Virus record (IMG/VR): IMGVR_UViG_3300021959_007005
Length of the DNA stretch: 64,000 bases
From: a virus
Taxonomy: Duplodnaviria; Caudoviricetes
Direction: 5' to 3' (one strand)
Each line of letters opens with the position of its first letter. The first letter of the stretch is position 1. Of the stretch, positions 10,814 through 19,879 are shown one piece after another. The position numbers were made by a program, and so were the translations under genes. The notes under the pieces are model-generated. The model was not told where the DNA came from, searched no databases, and was given only the letters and a program-made list of their open reading frames with translations.

Positions 10814-10927
10814 GTGCATACAAAAACTTGTACAAAATGTGGACATGCTTGTCATTGTGACAAAGTAACTTGTCCTACCTGTGTAAATGATGTATGCGGA
10901 CACTGCGATTGCAAAACAAAATCTTAG
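10814..10927 (+). CDS. Cys/His-rich 37-aa microprotein (metallothionein-like)
   Basis: GTG start after AAGGGA; MHTKTCTKCGHACHCDKVTCPTCVNDVCGHCDCKTKS, 9 Cys and 4 His; below the ORF-track cutoff. Confidence 0.7.
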   Translation: MHTKTCTKCGHACHCDKVTCPTCVNDVCGHCDCKTKS

Positions 10928-10956
10928 TTGACATTTGTATATAAATCTGTTATCAT
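10928..10956 (+). promoter_or_regulatory. sigma70-like early promoter
   Basis: TTGACA-N17-TATCAT, ATG 5 nt downstream. Confidence 0.7.
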
Positions 10957-10961
10957 AAATT

Positions 10962-11474
10962 ATGAAATTAAAATTACTTGTAATAGGCCATGGACGTCAT
11001 GGCAAAGATACAGTTTGTGAAATACTGAGAGATCGGTATGGTTATACTTTTGAAAGTAGTAGTAAGTTTTGTAGTAAACTATTCATATATAATGACTTAA
11101 AAAACAAATATAACTATTTAAATGAAGAAGAATGCTATGCTGATAGACATAATCACAGAGCAGAATGGTATAATGCAATATGCAACTATAATGTAAAAGA
11201 TGGTGCATCTCTAGGAAGAGAAATATTTAAAGAACATGATATCTATTGTGGATTACGTAACAAACGTGAATTCTTTGCAATGCAGAATACAGGCGTATTT
11301 GATAAGGTTATATGGGTTGACCGTAGTGATCATTTACCACCAGAAAGTATAAACAGTATGAGTTTACAACAATGGATGGCAGATCATACTATTGATAATA
11401 ATGGAACATTAGATGATCTTGCATTTAATGTACGACAATTATTGACACATATTGATTCTTATAGTGTTAGTTAA
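10962..11474 (+). CDS. Deoxynucleoside monophosphate kinase (T4 gp1-like)
   Basis: P-loop GHGRHGKDT, LRNKRE and VIWVDR motifs. Confidence 0.75.
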   Translation: MKLKLLVIGHGRHGKDTVCEILRDRYGYTFESSSKFCSKLFIYNDLKNKYNYLNEEECYADRHNHRAEWYNAICNYNVKDGASLGREIFKEHDIYCGLRNKREFFAMQNTGVFDKVIWVDRSDHLPPESINSMSLQQWMADHTIDNNGTLDDLAFNVRQLLTHIDSYSVS

Positions 11475-11561
11475 CTACTAAGATAACTACCGTAACCCCC
11501 TGGATAAATGGCAATCTTGTTAAATACATATAACATTATGTAAACAAAGAGGAGTAATGAA

Positions 11562-14048
11562 ATGGCCTTAACGTCACCAGGCGTACAAGTATCGGTAGTT
11601 GATGAGAGTGCATATGGTGCACCAGGATCCGGTACTGTACCACTATTAGTTCTAGCTACTAGATCAAACAAAGCAGATCCAACCGGCGGATCGGCAGATA
11701 ATATTGCGGCAAAAACTAAATCCACAGCCGCTGGCGAAGTAGTGAAAGTTACTAGCCAAAGAGAATTAACACAATTTTTTGGAAACCCAACATTTACCAC
11801 AGTTGGCTCAACAGTTTCACAAGGAAGTGAAACAAGTGAATATGGTCTGTTAGCTGCATATAGTTATCTTGGACAAGGAAGCCAAGCATTTGTTGTAAGA
11901 GCAGATATTGATCTTGCACAATTAGAAAATAGTGCAACTGAACCAACAGCGCCATATAATATAGGCAACACAGTGTGGTTAGACACAGACGCTAGTAAGT
12001 ATGGTATCCATCAGTGGAACAGCACAACTAGCAAATGGGAAAACAAAATACCAGCAGTACAGACTAATTATGATGACGCAGATATTGATGGTGACGTTAA
12101 TACACCAAGCGGCGCAAGTGCTGCAACTGACGGAACATTCCTAGTTGTAACAAACGTTGATAACGAAATAGCAAATAGCGCAGGTCGTGGTATGAGTATT
12201 GAATACTTTTACGGCGTAGGCGGCGCATGGGAATCACTAGATTCAGATACTGCTCTAAGCACTGGTGAAGCTGTAACTTATGATGCACACTATAATGCAC
12301 CAAGCTCTCCAGTAGCAAACGATGTTTGGGTTAAAACAACACGCCCAGGCAACGGTTTGGCACTAGCACTAAGCACACACAATGGCACGGCATTTACAAC
12401 AGCTACAGTACAAGGTATTAGTACTACACAAGCTGATGGTGCAGGAGCCATTGGTGATTTTGTAGCACAAGACGGTTCAAGCACAACTGCATTATCCGCA
12501 AGCACAGCTACAGTAGGTGCTTATTTGTTAGACCAACAAGCAAATACCAAAGCTACTGTTGTTATTAGAGAAGTTATAACAGCGGGTGCAGTAGGCGATT
12601 TAACAGCAACTACAGTATTAGGACAAGCTGCAACACCAACTAGAACACTAGCTACAGGTACATATTGGTTTGATAATACAATTGATAAGTTAGATTTGTA
12701 TGTAATTACAGCAGGTGAATTTTTACCAAAGTCAGCAACTTATAGTTCAACTGCTCCAACAGGTGCTTCTCTAAATGATATTTGGGTTGATACATCACTA
12801 GCAGCAGAAAACCAAACTAACGAACGTGCTTATCCACACATCAAAGTTTATAACGGAAGTGCATGGATTTCACATGACAATACAGATCAAACAACTACAA
12901 CAGGCGTATTGTTTGCAGATATTACAGACGCAGCAGGCGATGCTACTAATAGTGGTAATGCTACAGTTATTAGTGGCGGTCCAAACCCAGCAGTGTATCC
13001 AAATGGAATGGTAGCTGTTAATATGGGGCAGAGTAAAAACACAGTTCGAGCATGGAATGGAACTGCTTGGAGAAATGGTGCAAGCAATCATGCAGATGGT
13101 AGCGGACGTTTTGGTAGATATGCCCAACGTGGTGTTATTGCAACTGCAATGCAGGCAGTGGCAGCAGGTGCAGATCTTAGAGATCCAAGTAATGCATTTA
13201 GTTTAATTGCAGCACCTAACTATCCTGAACTAGTTGATGAAATGGTTACACTTAATAGTGATAGAGGCGAAACTGCATTTATTATTGTTGACTCACCAAT
13301 GCGTAAGAGTCCAACAGATGTTATTAATTGGACTAATAATACAGGAAGTGCATCAGAAAACGGTGAAGATGGTCTGGTAACTAATAATACATATAGTGCA
13401 GTTTATTACCCATCTGGCAGTTCTACATTGCCATCAACTGGTGCATCAGTAATGGTACCACCAAGTCATATGGCATTATATACATTTGCATATAACGATA
13501 ATATTAGTTTCCAATGGTTTGCACCAGCTGGACTAACACGTGGTGTGGTACAAAATGCTACTAGTGTTGGGCACTTGACAACTGAAGGCGAATTTAAAGC
13601 AATTAGCCTTACACAAGGACAGCGTGATGCAATGTATACAGCAAAGCTAAATCCAATCACAACTTTCCCTGGACAAGGCACAATAGTATTTGGACAGAAA
13701 ACTTTACATGCTGGAACTAGTGCATTAGATAGAGTTAATGTTGCTAGATTAGTTGCATACTTGCGTGACAGATTTGATGAACTAGGACGTCCGTTCTTGT
13801 TTGAGATTAATGATGAACAAACAAGAGCAAGAGCAAAGATTGCATTTGAAAGATTCCTCGCAGACATTTTAAGCAGACGTGGACTTACAGATTTTGCAGT
13901 TGTTTGTGATACAAGTAATAACACACCAGCAAGAATTGATCGTAATGAATTTTACGTTGATGTTGCAATTGAACCTTCAAAAGCAGCAGAATTCATCTAT
14001 ATTCCAATTAGATTAGTTAATACTGGTACATTAGCCACTACTAACTAA
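11562..14048 (+). CDS. Tail sheath protein (gp18-like)
   Basis: MALTSPGVQVSVVDES N-terminus; WFAPAGLTRG, LNPITTFPGQG..FGQKT, ALDRVNVARL, VDVAIEPSKAAEFIYIPI. Confidence 0.97.
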   Translation: MALTSPGVQVSVVDESAYGAPGSGTVPLLVLATRSNKADPTGGSADNIAAKTKSTAAGEVVKVTSQRELTQFFGNPTFTTVGSTVSQGSETSEYGLLAAYSYLGQGSQAFVVRADIDLAQLENSATEPTAPYNIGNTVWLDTDASKYGIHQWNSTTSKWENKIPAVQTNYDDADIDGDVNTPSGASAATDGTFLVVTNVDNEIANSAGRGMSIEYFYGVGGAWESLDSDTALSTGEAVTYDAHYNAPSSPVANDVWVKTTRPGNGLALALSTHNGTAFTTATVQGISTTQADGAGAIGDFVAQDGSSTTALSASTATVGAYLLDQQANTKATVVIREVITAGAVGDLTATTVLGQAATPTRTLATGTYWFDNTIDKLDLYVITAGEFLPKSATYSSTAPTGASLNDIWVDTSLAAENQTNERAYPHIKVYNGSAWISHDNTDQTTTTGVLFADITDAAGDATNSGNATVISGGPNPAVYPNGMVAVNMGQSKNTVRAWNGTAWRNGASNHADGSGRFGRYAQRGVIATAMQAVAAGADLRDPSNAFSLIAAPNYPELVDEMVTLNSDRGETAFIIVDSPMRKSPTDVINWTNNTGSASENGEDGLVTNNTYSAVYYPSGSSTLPSTGASVMVPPSHMALYTFAYNDNISFQWFAPAGLTRGVVQNATSVGHLTTEGEFKAISLTQGQRDAMYTAKLNPITTFPGQGTIVFGQKTLHAGTSALDRVNVARLVAYLRDRFDELGRPFLFEINDEQTRARAKIAFERFLADILSRRGLTDFAVVCDTSNNTPARIDRNEFYVDVAIEPSKAAEFIYIPIRLVNTGTLATTN

Positions 14049-14068
14049 ATAAAATTAACATAATACTT

Positions 14069-14097
14069 AATAGGTCCTTTATTGGGCCTATTTTTTT
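14069..14097 (+). terminator. Rho-independent terminator after the sheath gene
   Basis: AATAGGTCC/GGGCCTATT stem followed by a T-run. Confidence 0.8.
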
Positions 14098-14144
14098 GAG
14101 CAGGTTTTAATAAATACTAACAGCCGGTATAAAGGAGAAATTCG

Positions 14145-14750
14145 ATGGCAGTTATCACAACACTTGGTGTACCAGACAATGCAGGTAGCACCACAACAAT
14201 AATGCCCAAACTACAATATCGTTTTAGAGCGACATTCATTGGGGCAGCTTTTAGCAGTACACCTACACGTAGTGTTATTAGCGCAACTAGGCCTTCGTTA
14301 ACACACGAAGATGTAATTATTGAATCCTACAATAGTAGAATTTATGCAGCAGGAAAACACACATGGGATATGGTTACTGTAACCTTCCGTGATGATGTTG
14401 ATAGTGTAGTAATTAAAGAAATGAACAAACAATTAAATATGCAAGTCGATCATGCAAACCAAAGTGCAAGCCGTTCAGGAAGTGCTTATAAATTCCAATT
14501 TATACTTGAATCATTAGATGGTGCAAGCCCAACACCAGGAGTGTTAGACAAATTTGAATTAGCAGGTTGCTATATCCAAAATATTAATTATGGCGATATG
14601 GCTTATGGTAGTAGTGAACAAGTACAAGTAACAGTAAGTATTCGTTATGACAATGCAGAAATTTATGATGCAGCAGGTAATGCAACACTAACTGGAGAAA
14701 CACTTGATCAAACATTAAGTAATGCATCAGGTGCTGGTACACAGGGTTAA
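14145..14750 (+). CDS. Tail tube protein (gp19-like)
   Basis: Follows the sheath; PKLQYRFR, YAAGKHTWD, TVSIRYDNA; TAAATA at 14111 and AAGGAG RBS. Confidence 0.9.
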   Translation: MAVITTLGVPDNAGSTTTIMPKLQYRFRATFIGAAFSSTPTRSVISATRPSLTHEDVIIESYNSRIYAAGKHTWDMVTVTFRDDVDSVVIKEMNKQLNMQVDHANQSASRSGSAYKFQFILESLDGASPTPGVLDKFELAGCYIQNINYGDMAYGSSEQVQVTVSIRYDNAEIYDAAGNATLTGETLDQTLSNASGAGTQG

Positions 14751-14758
14751 TATAGAAT

Positions 14759-15793
14759 ATGGGATTAACTTCTAATACTGGCTTTTATAATGCTGCGGCA
14801 GATCATTTTGGTTCAGACGACCCTGTTACCTTAAGATATCCAAGGCAGAAGTTTAACTTTAGTATAGAGTTTATACTAAACGAAAATATCCCATTAATTG
14901 ACGATAGTTATGGTAGGTCTTTTACGTTTCACAGAGTGTTAGGTATAAGTCTACCAGACTTTGACTACAGTGTTCAGAGACTTAATCAATATAACAGACC
15001 TAGATATGTCCCTACTAGGTTAGAAACAGGACCAGCTGGTATTACCTTTTATGATACAAAAGATAATCAATTTTTACATTTAATGATGGCGTATGCTGGG
15101 CATTATTTTCATGGTCATCAGCTTGACCCTAGGAATTTTAGTGGAAATAATATAATACAAGAACAATTTAGCACTGGTGCAGGTCAACCATTTGGTGCTG
15201 AATCAATTACGCATGACACTAGATTTATGTTTGAAGAAATAAGAGTGCATCAAAAAGATACAGCACAGGGTGGAAAAACAACTACAATGTATAATTGTAT
15301 GATAAACAATGTACAGTACGATAGATTAGATTATAGTGACAGTCAACCAGTGATGTGGCAGGTAGCAATACAACCAGAACATGTTAACTTTGATCCATTA
15401 GGGGGTTCAGCACCTGAAAATAGTGTTAATGTTCAACAGGCAGCAAGACAACAAGCAGAAACTGGTAATACAACTGCTAGCACAATTGGTAATAGATCAG
15501 GGACAAATAAACAAACTCAATCAGATACAACTATAGCACAAACGTATACACCTCCACAAATTGGAGGAACTACTGTTGGTGATACTCTTAGATCACTACA
15601 AGAACAGCAAGGTGGACTTGTACAAGTCCCTACTATTACAAATATTGGTAAGCCAGTTAATATGCCAACCATTGGTGATGGTACAACAGCAGACGTTGAC
15701 CCAGGTATGGTTATACCAAATGACTCTGATAATAGTGAAACAGCAAAAAAATTAAATAATGGCACAATAACATTTGCAGCTGGACCACAGTAA
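14759..15793 (+). CDS. Tail-tube-fold baseplate protein (gp48/gp54-like)
   Basis: PRQKFNF..SLPDFD..LNQYNR..ITFYD tube-like N-terminal half; low-complexity C-terminal tail. Confidence 0.6.
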   Translation: MGLTSNTGFYNAAADHFGSDDPVTLRYPRQKFNFSIEFILNENIPLIDDSYGRSFTFHRVLGISLPDFDYSVQRLNQYNRPRYVPTRLETGPAGITFYDTKDNQFLHLMMAYAGHYFHGHQLDPRNFSGNNIIQEQFSTGAGQPFGAESITHDTRFMFEEIRVHQKDTAQGGKTTTMYNCMINNVQYDRLDYSDSQPVMWQVAIQPEHVNFDPLGGSAPENSVNVQQAARQQAETGNTTASTIGNRSGTNKQTQSDTTIAQTYTPPQIGGTTVGDTLRSLQEQQGGLVQVPTITNIGKPVNMPTIGDGTTADVDPGMVIPNDSDNSETAKKLNNGTITFAAGPQ

Positions 15794-15804
15794 ATAAATA
15801 CAAC

Positions 15805-16506
15805 ATGGAAGATGATATTATATTAGCAGAGCTCAACGACGAAGAGCTTGTACTGCAAATGGGTGACGACCTCTACGATGGACTCAAGGAAGAAATTGAA
15901 GAAGGTACTAATATTCTATTAGAACGTGGATGGGAACCATATCGGGTATTAACAGAATCTTTAGTTGCTGGTATGACTATTGTGGGCATAGACTTCCGTG
16001 ATGGTATATTGTTTGTGCCTGAAGTGCTACTAGCCGCAAACGCAATGAAAGGTGGTATGGCAATACTCAAACCATTGCTGGCTGAAACAGGTGCACCACA
16101 AGTTGGCAAGATGGTTATTGGCACAGTCAAAGGTGACATACACGACATTGGTAAAAACCTAGTAGGTATGATGATGGAAGGCGCCGGCTTTGAAGTTGTT
16201 GACTTAGGTATCAACAACTCAGTTGATGCATACCTCGATGCAATAGACGAACATGAGCCAGACATATTAGGAATGAGTGCATTGCTTACAACTACTATGC
16301 CTTATATGAAAGTTGTTATTGATACAATGACTGAGAAAGGTATACGTGACAACTATACAGTATTAGTTGGAGGAGCTCCTTTAAATGAAGAGTTCGGTAA
16401 AGCAATAGGTGCTGATGCTTACTGTCGAGATGCAGCCGTAGCAGTAGAAACTGCCAAAGTCTTTATGGATAGAAAACATAATCAACAAAACCTAGTTAGA
16501 AACTAG
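15805..16506 (+). CDS. Stand-alone cobalamin-binding (corrinoid) protein; cap plus B12-binding domains of a split methionine synthase/methyltransferase
   Basis: FVPEVLLAANAMK cap motif; GTVKGDIHDIGKNLV (DxHxxG base-off His-on motif), GMSALLTTT, VGGAP. Confidence 0.95.
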   Translation: MEDDIILAELNDEELVLQMGDDLYDGLKEEIEEGTNILLERGWEPYRVLTESLVAGMTIVGIDFRDGILFVPEVLLAANAMKGGMAILKPLLAETGAPQVGKMVIGTVKGDIHDIGKNLVGMMMEGAGFEVVDLGINNSVDAYLDAIDEHEPDILGMSALLTTTMPYMKVVIDTMTEKGIRDNYTVLVGGAPLNEEFGKAIGADAYCRDAAVAVETAKVFMDRKHNQQNLVRN

Positions 16507-16527
16507 TACATAATAAATACTTACATA

Positions 16528-16971
16528 ATGCCTAGAAAAACACATTTTCAACAAGGAAACTACCAAGTAAAGAATCCTAATAAGTACATAGGCAAAGGTG
16601 CGCCTAGGTATAGAAGTGGTTGGGAATTAAAATTCATGAGATTGTTAGACGGGCATCCTTATGTTAAAGCATGGGCTAGTGAAAGTCATAGAATACCATA
16701 TAGGCATCCAGCAACTGGTAAATCGACAACATATGTACCAGATTTTTTCATTGTTTATGAAGATAAAAACAAACAACAGAGAGCTGAGTTTATAGAAATA
16801 AAGCCTGCAGGACAAACAATGAAATTTGCTAAAAGTCAAGCACAGAAAATTGCAGCTATAGTAAACGAAGCTAAATGGCAAGCGGCTACTGCTTTTGCTA
16901 AACGTCAAGGAGTAGGGTTTAGAGTACTAACTGAAAATGAATTATTCAATAACCCTAAAAAGAGAAATTGA
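16528..16971 (+). CDS. Head completion nuclease (T4 gp4 / TnsA-like)
   Basis: YRSGWELKFM, WASE..IPY.HP..YVPDF, EIKP motifs; TAAATA at 16514. Confidence 0.88.
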   Translation: MPRKTHFQQGNYQVKNPNKYIGKGAPRYRSGWELKFMRLLDGHPYVKAWASESHRIPYRHPATGKSTTYVPDFFIVYEDKNKQQRAEFIEIKPAGQTMKFAKSQAQKIAAIVNEAKWQAATAFAKRQGVGFRVLTENELFNNPKKRN

Positions 16972-17222
16972 AGCCTGGTGACATTATAGACATACTAGAA
17001 GAATGGTATAATGAACGAAAACGTCATAAGGATAAAACCTTTAAACAGTGGCTTAAACATGTGGGTGGATTATGGACGTCTAAAGAAGAATGGGCTAAAT
17101 TAGGACGTTGGGAAACTTGGAAACACCCAGTTAAAGATACTGGAAAAGGTATCGGAAAAATGTTTCTAGTAAAAGTAATTACAGTAATTGTATTAATAAT
17201 AATATTTAAGTTGGGATTTTAA
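16968..17222 (+). CDS. Hypothetical protein with a C-terminal TM helix
   Basis: ORF track; hydrophobic VKVITVIVLIIIF. Confidence 0.55.
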   Translation: MKPGDIIDILEEWYNERKRHKDKTFKQWLKHVGGLWTSKEEWAKLGRWETWKHPVKDTGKGIGKMFLVKVITVIVLIIIFKLGF

Positions 17223-17750
17223 ATGACAAAGAAAATAGAAGAAATACTTAATTTGCCTAGTGCAGACGATATTGAACAAGAAGAGTCGACGATTAGTTTG
17301 CCACAGTCAGACTTTGATATTGGTACAATGAGTACAATTTTAGATAATGCGGATAAGATTGATTCAGCACTACCAATGGTTAGAGATTTAGATAATTTAG
17401 ATGCTGATATGGACAAGTACGCTGATAAAGCAATGCATGCATTTGCAGACTTAATGGATCTTGGACAAAATGTTGAAGACAGACACGCTGCTAATATTTT
17501 TGCTGTGGCAAGTACAATGATGGGAAATGCTATCACTGCCAAAACAGCAAAAATGGATAAAAAACTTAAAATGGTACAGTTACAGTTACAAAAAGCTAAA
17601 CTAGATCATACAGTACAGGTACAAGCTACCAAAGGAGCAAAAGACGATGGTATGATGCAAGGAGAAGCTGAAGAATTTGAAGATCGAAACAGTTTAATTA
17701 ATGCAGTACTTGATAAAATGGGCACTCAATCGTCTAATAAAGATAAATAA
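17223..17750 (+). CDS. Possible terminase small subunit (gp16-like)
   Basis: Helical DLMDLGQNVEDRHAANIFAVA motif resembles the gp16 core; upstream of TerL. Confidence 0.45.
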   Translation: MTKKIEEILNLPSADDIEQEESTISLPQSDFDIGTMSTILDNADKIDSALPMVRDLDNLDADMDKYADKAMHAFADLMDLGQNVEDRHAANIFAVASTMMGNAITAKTAKMDKKLKMVQLQLQKAKLDHTVQVQATKGAKDDGMMQGEAEEFEDRNSLINAVLDKMGTQSSNKDK

Positions 17751-17770
17751 TAGTAACAAGGATATTCGCG

Positions 17771-18277
17771 ATGAAAAGTTTAAAACATTATTTGGCAGAA
17801 AATGAAAGAACATACGAGTTTAGATTACGTAGTGTTGTAGATATGTCAAACGAACAAATTGATAAATTAGAAATGCATATGAAAAAATATAATGTTGAGA
17901 GTGTGAGCTCTCCTAAGAAAACAATTATGCAACAAACTCCTAGAGGATTTAATGCAGACTTGGGTCCTAGAGAAGTATTTGTCACTGATATTGCCACCAA
18001 GTTGCCAGTAACAACTGCACAACTAAAAGATGAAATTAGAGTATGTTGTGGACTTTCAGAAGGCGAATTAATAGTCAATAGTAAACATGAATCACAAGAG
18101 CTTTGGGAAACAGATGAAGAAGCTGTAGATGAAGATGTAACAAGTGTTCTTGCCGATGCAGAATATAAAGACTCAGAAAAGGTTGACCATAGTGAGCATT
18201 ATGGTGATGCATATAATGAAAAAATGATTAAAGATGCAGTAGGATCTAGTGAGCTATACAAAGAATATAAGGTGTAA
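17771..18277 (+). CDS. Hypothetical late (probably head) protein
   Basis: TAAATA at 17744; MKSLKHYLAE N-terminus. Confidence 0.6.
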   Translation: MKSLKHYLAENERTYEFRLRSVVDMSNEQIDKLEMHMKKYNVESVSSPKKTIMQQTPRGFNADLGPREVFVTDIATKLPVTTAQLKDEIRVCCGLSEGELIVNSKHESQELWETDEEAVDEDVTSVLADAEYKDSEKVDHSEHYGDAYNEKMIKDAVGSSELYKEYKV

Positions 18278-18278
18278 C

Positions 18279-19526
18279 ATGGATTTAAATGATTTATACA
18301 AATTAGCAGGAATTCAAAAAAATGATACACCTGCAATAGAGCCAACAGAAGTATCTGAACAACCAATGGGTGATAGAGAACAAATGCAAGCAATGATTGC
18401 GTTAGTTTCTCCAGAACTTTTAAATAAATTACAAGGCACAACAGAAGTTGAAGAAGTTGTTAGCGATCCAGGCGGACAAGGTGAAGGCTATGCTAATAGT
18501 GGTGCAGAGATGGGCTACGATGGTAAGGCAAGAGAAGTAAAACCAAATGATACTGCTGGCGATACAAGTTTAAGACGTTATTTAGGAGCAATGGGAGACC
18601 ATGTTTCTGTAGACGAAGATGTGTATCCAGATCACACAGTAGAAAGTGTCAGCGAAGCATATCAGTCATTTAAAGCAGAAGGCAAATACGGTAAAAAAAA
18701 GAAGTATAAAGAAGATTGTGGATGTGAAGATTGTGGATGTAGTGATGAGGTTGCAACAGAATCTAAAAACCTCCATGATATGGATTGGCCAACTGATGAA
18801 ATGAGACAGCATGCTGAAAATGCTGTACGTCATGAATTTACGCCAAATGATTCAGTTTCTCATATTTTTTCTATGGCACATCCTGAAGAACAAGAGTGGA
18901 TCAAACATAACATGGATGATTTAGAAGAAATGTTTGCACAGTATGCAGTAGATGAGTCAGTAGAAGAAGACTTTACTCCAATGACAAAGTGTACTGATTG
19001 CGATGGTGACGGAGAGGTTGAAGTTGAAACATACAGACCACAAAGTTTTAGCAGAGATATTGGTGAGATTGACAGTCATATGGAAACATGTGAGACTTGT
19101 AACGGTGAGGGTGAAGTTGAAGATGAAGACTACGACTGGGACCAAATGGAAGAGGTCGATGTTGAAGAGGGCAACAAATTCTCACTAGAACTTAAAAAAG
19201 CAAAAGACGCCAACCAAGATGAGTTTGAAGTAGACGGTAAAACCTACAAAGTAACAGAAGCTGAGGGTGAAATGTACGATGATGACGAACAACTAATGAT
19301 TCGTTGGTCAACCGATGATGGTGAAACATGGAACCTAGAAGCATATAATAGAAATGATCAATATGTTCCATTATCACAAGAGGAAGAAATGCGATACATT
19401 GATCAGATTAGAGACGAAGAAGAAGATAGACAAACAATGTCTGCAGACGATGCTGCACATGCAATGCGTGATACAATGCGTATGGATGACGACATTGATA
19501 TGTTAAGAAAGTTAGCAGGAGTTTAA
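18279..19526 (+). CDS. Very acidic probable prohead core/internal protein with a CxxCxGxG zinc-finger pair
   Basis: Start re-called to ATG 18279; KCTDCDGDG..TCETCNGEG; LYKLAG / LRKLAG terminal motifs. Confidence 0.6.
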   Translation: MDLNDLYKLAGIQKNDTPAIEPTEVSEQPMGDREQMQAMIALVSPELLNKLQGTTEVEEVVSDPGGQGEGYANSGAEMGYDGKAREVKPNDTAGDTSLRRYLGAMGDHVSVDEDVYPDHTVESVSEAYQSFKAEGKYGKKKKYKEDCGCEDCGCSDEVATESKNLHDMDWPTDEMRQHAENAVRHEFTPNDSVSHIFSMAHPEEQEWIKHNMDDLEEMFAQYAVDESVEEDFTPMTKCTDCDGDGEVEVETYRPQSFSRDIGEIDSHMETCETCNGEGEVEDEDYDWDQMEEVDVEEGNKFSLELKKAKDANQDEFEVDGKTYKVTEAEGEMYDDDEQLMIRWSTDDGETWNLEAYNRNDQYVPLSQEEEMRYIDQIRDEEEDRQTMSADDAAHAMRDTMRMDDDIDMLRKLAGV

Positions 19527-19528
19527 TA

Positions 19529-19816
19529 ATGTTAGAACCAAAAATAGACAGAACTTTTATGGGTGCAATGAGTAAAGTAGACGCATTACAGAAAGTTTTC
19601 CGTAATGAAGGCAGGTTGCAGAAAGCATGTACTGAAATTGGCGGTGACTCAGACTTTACCGAAATCCAAGAAGCATTTGACGAGCTATATGATGCATTGG
19701 AACGTGGACATCATGACTGTGTAGCACACTTAGGTGCCAATGGCGGAAATACAGAAGAATCATTAGAAACAAACGAATCAATTAATACTCTTAAGATGTT
19801 ATCAGGCATCTTATAA
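19529..19816 (+). CDS. Hypothetical protein
   Basis: 95 aa, ends LKMLSGIL, like the upstream protein. Confidence 0.6.
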   Translation: MLEPKIDRTFMGAMSKVDALQKVFRNEGRLQKACTEIGGDSDFTEIQEAFDELYDALERGHHDCVAHLGANGGNTEESLETNESINTLKMLSGIL

Positions 19817-19830
19817 GTAGGTTTACATTA

Positions 19831-19861
19831 AAGAGGCTGCATAATATTGTAGCCTCTTTTT
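19831..19861 (+). terminator. Rho-independent terminator
   Basis: AAGAGGCTGC/GTAGCCTCTT stem plus T-run. Confidence 0.75.
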
Positions 19862-19879
19862 CCTATCATAAGTAGTTGT

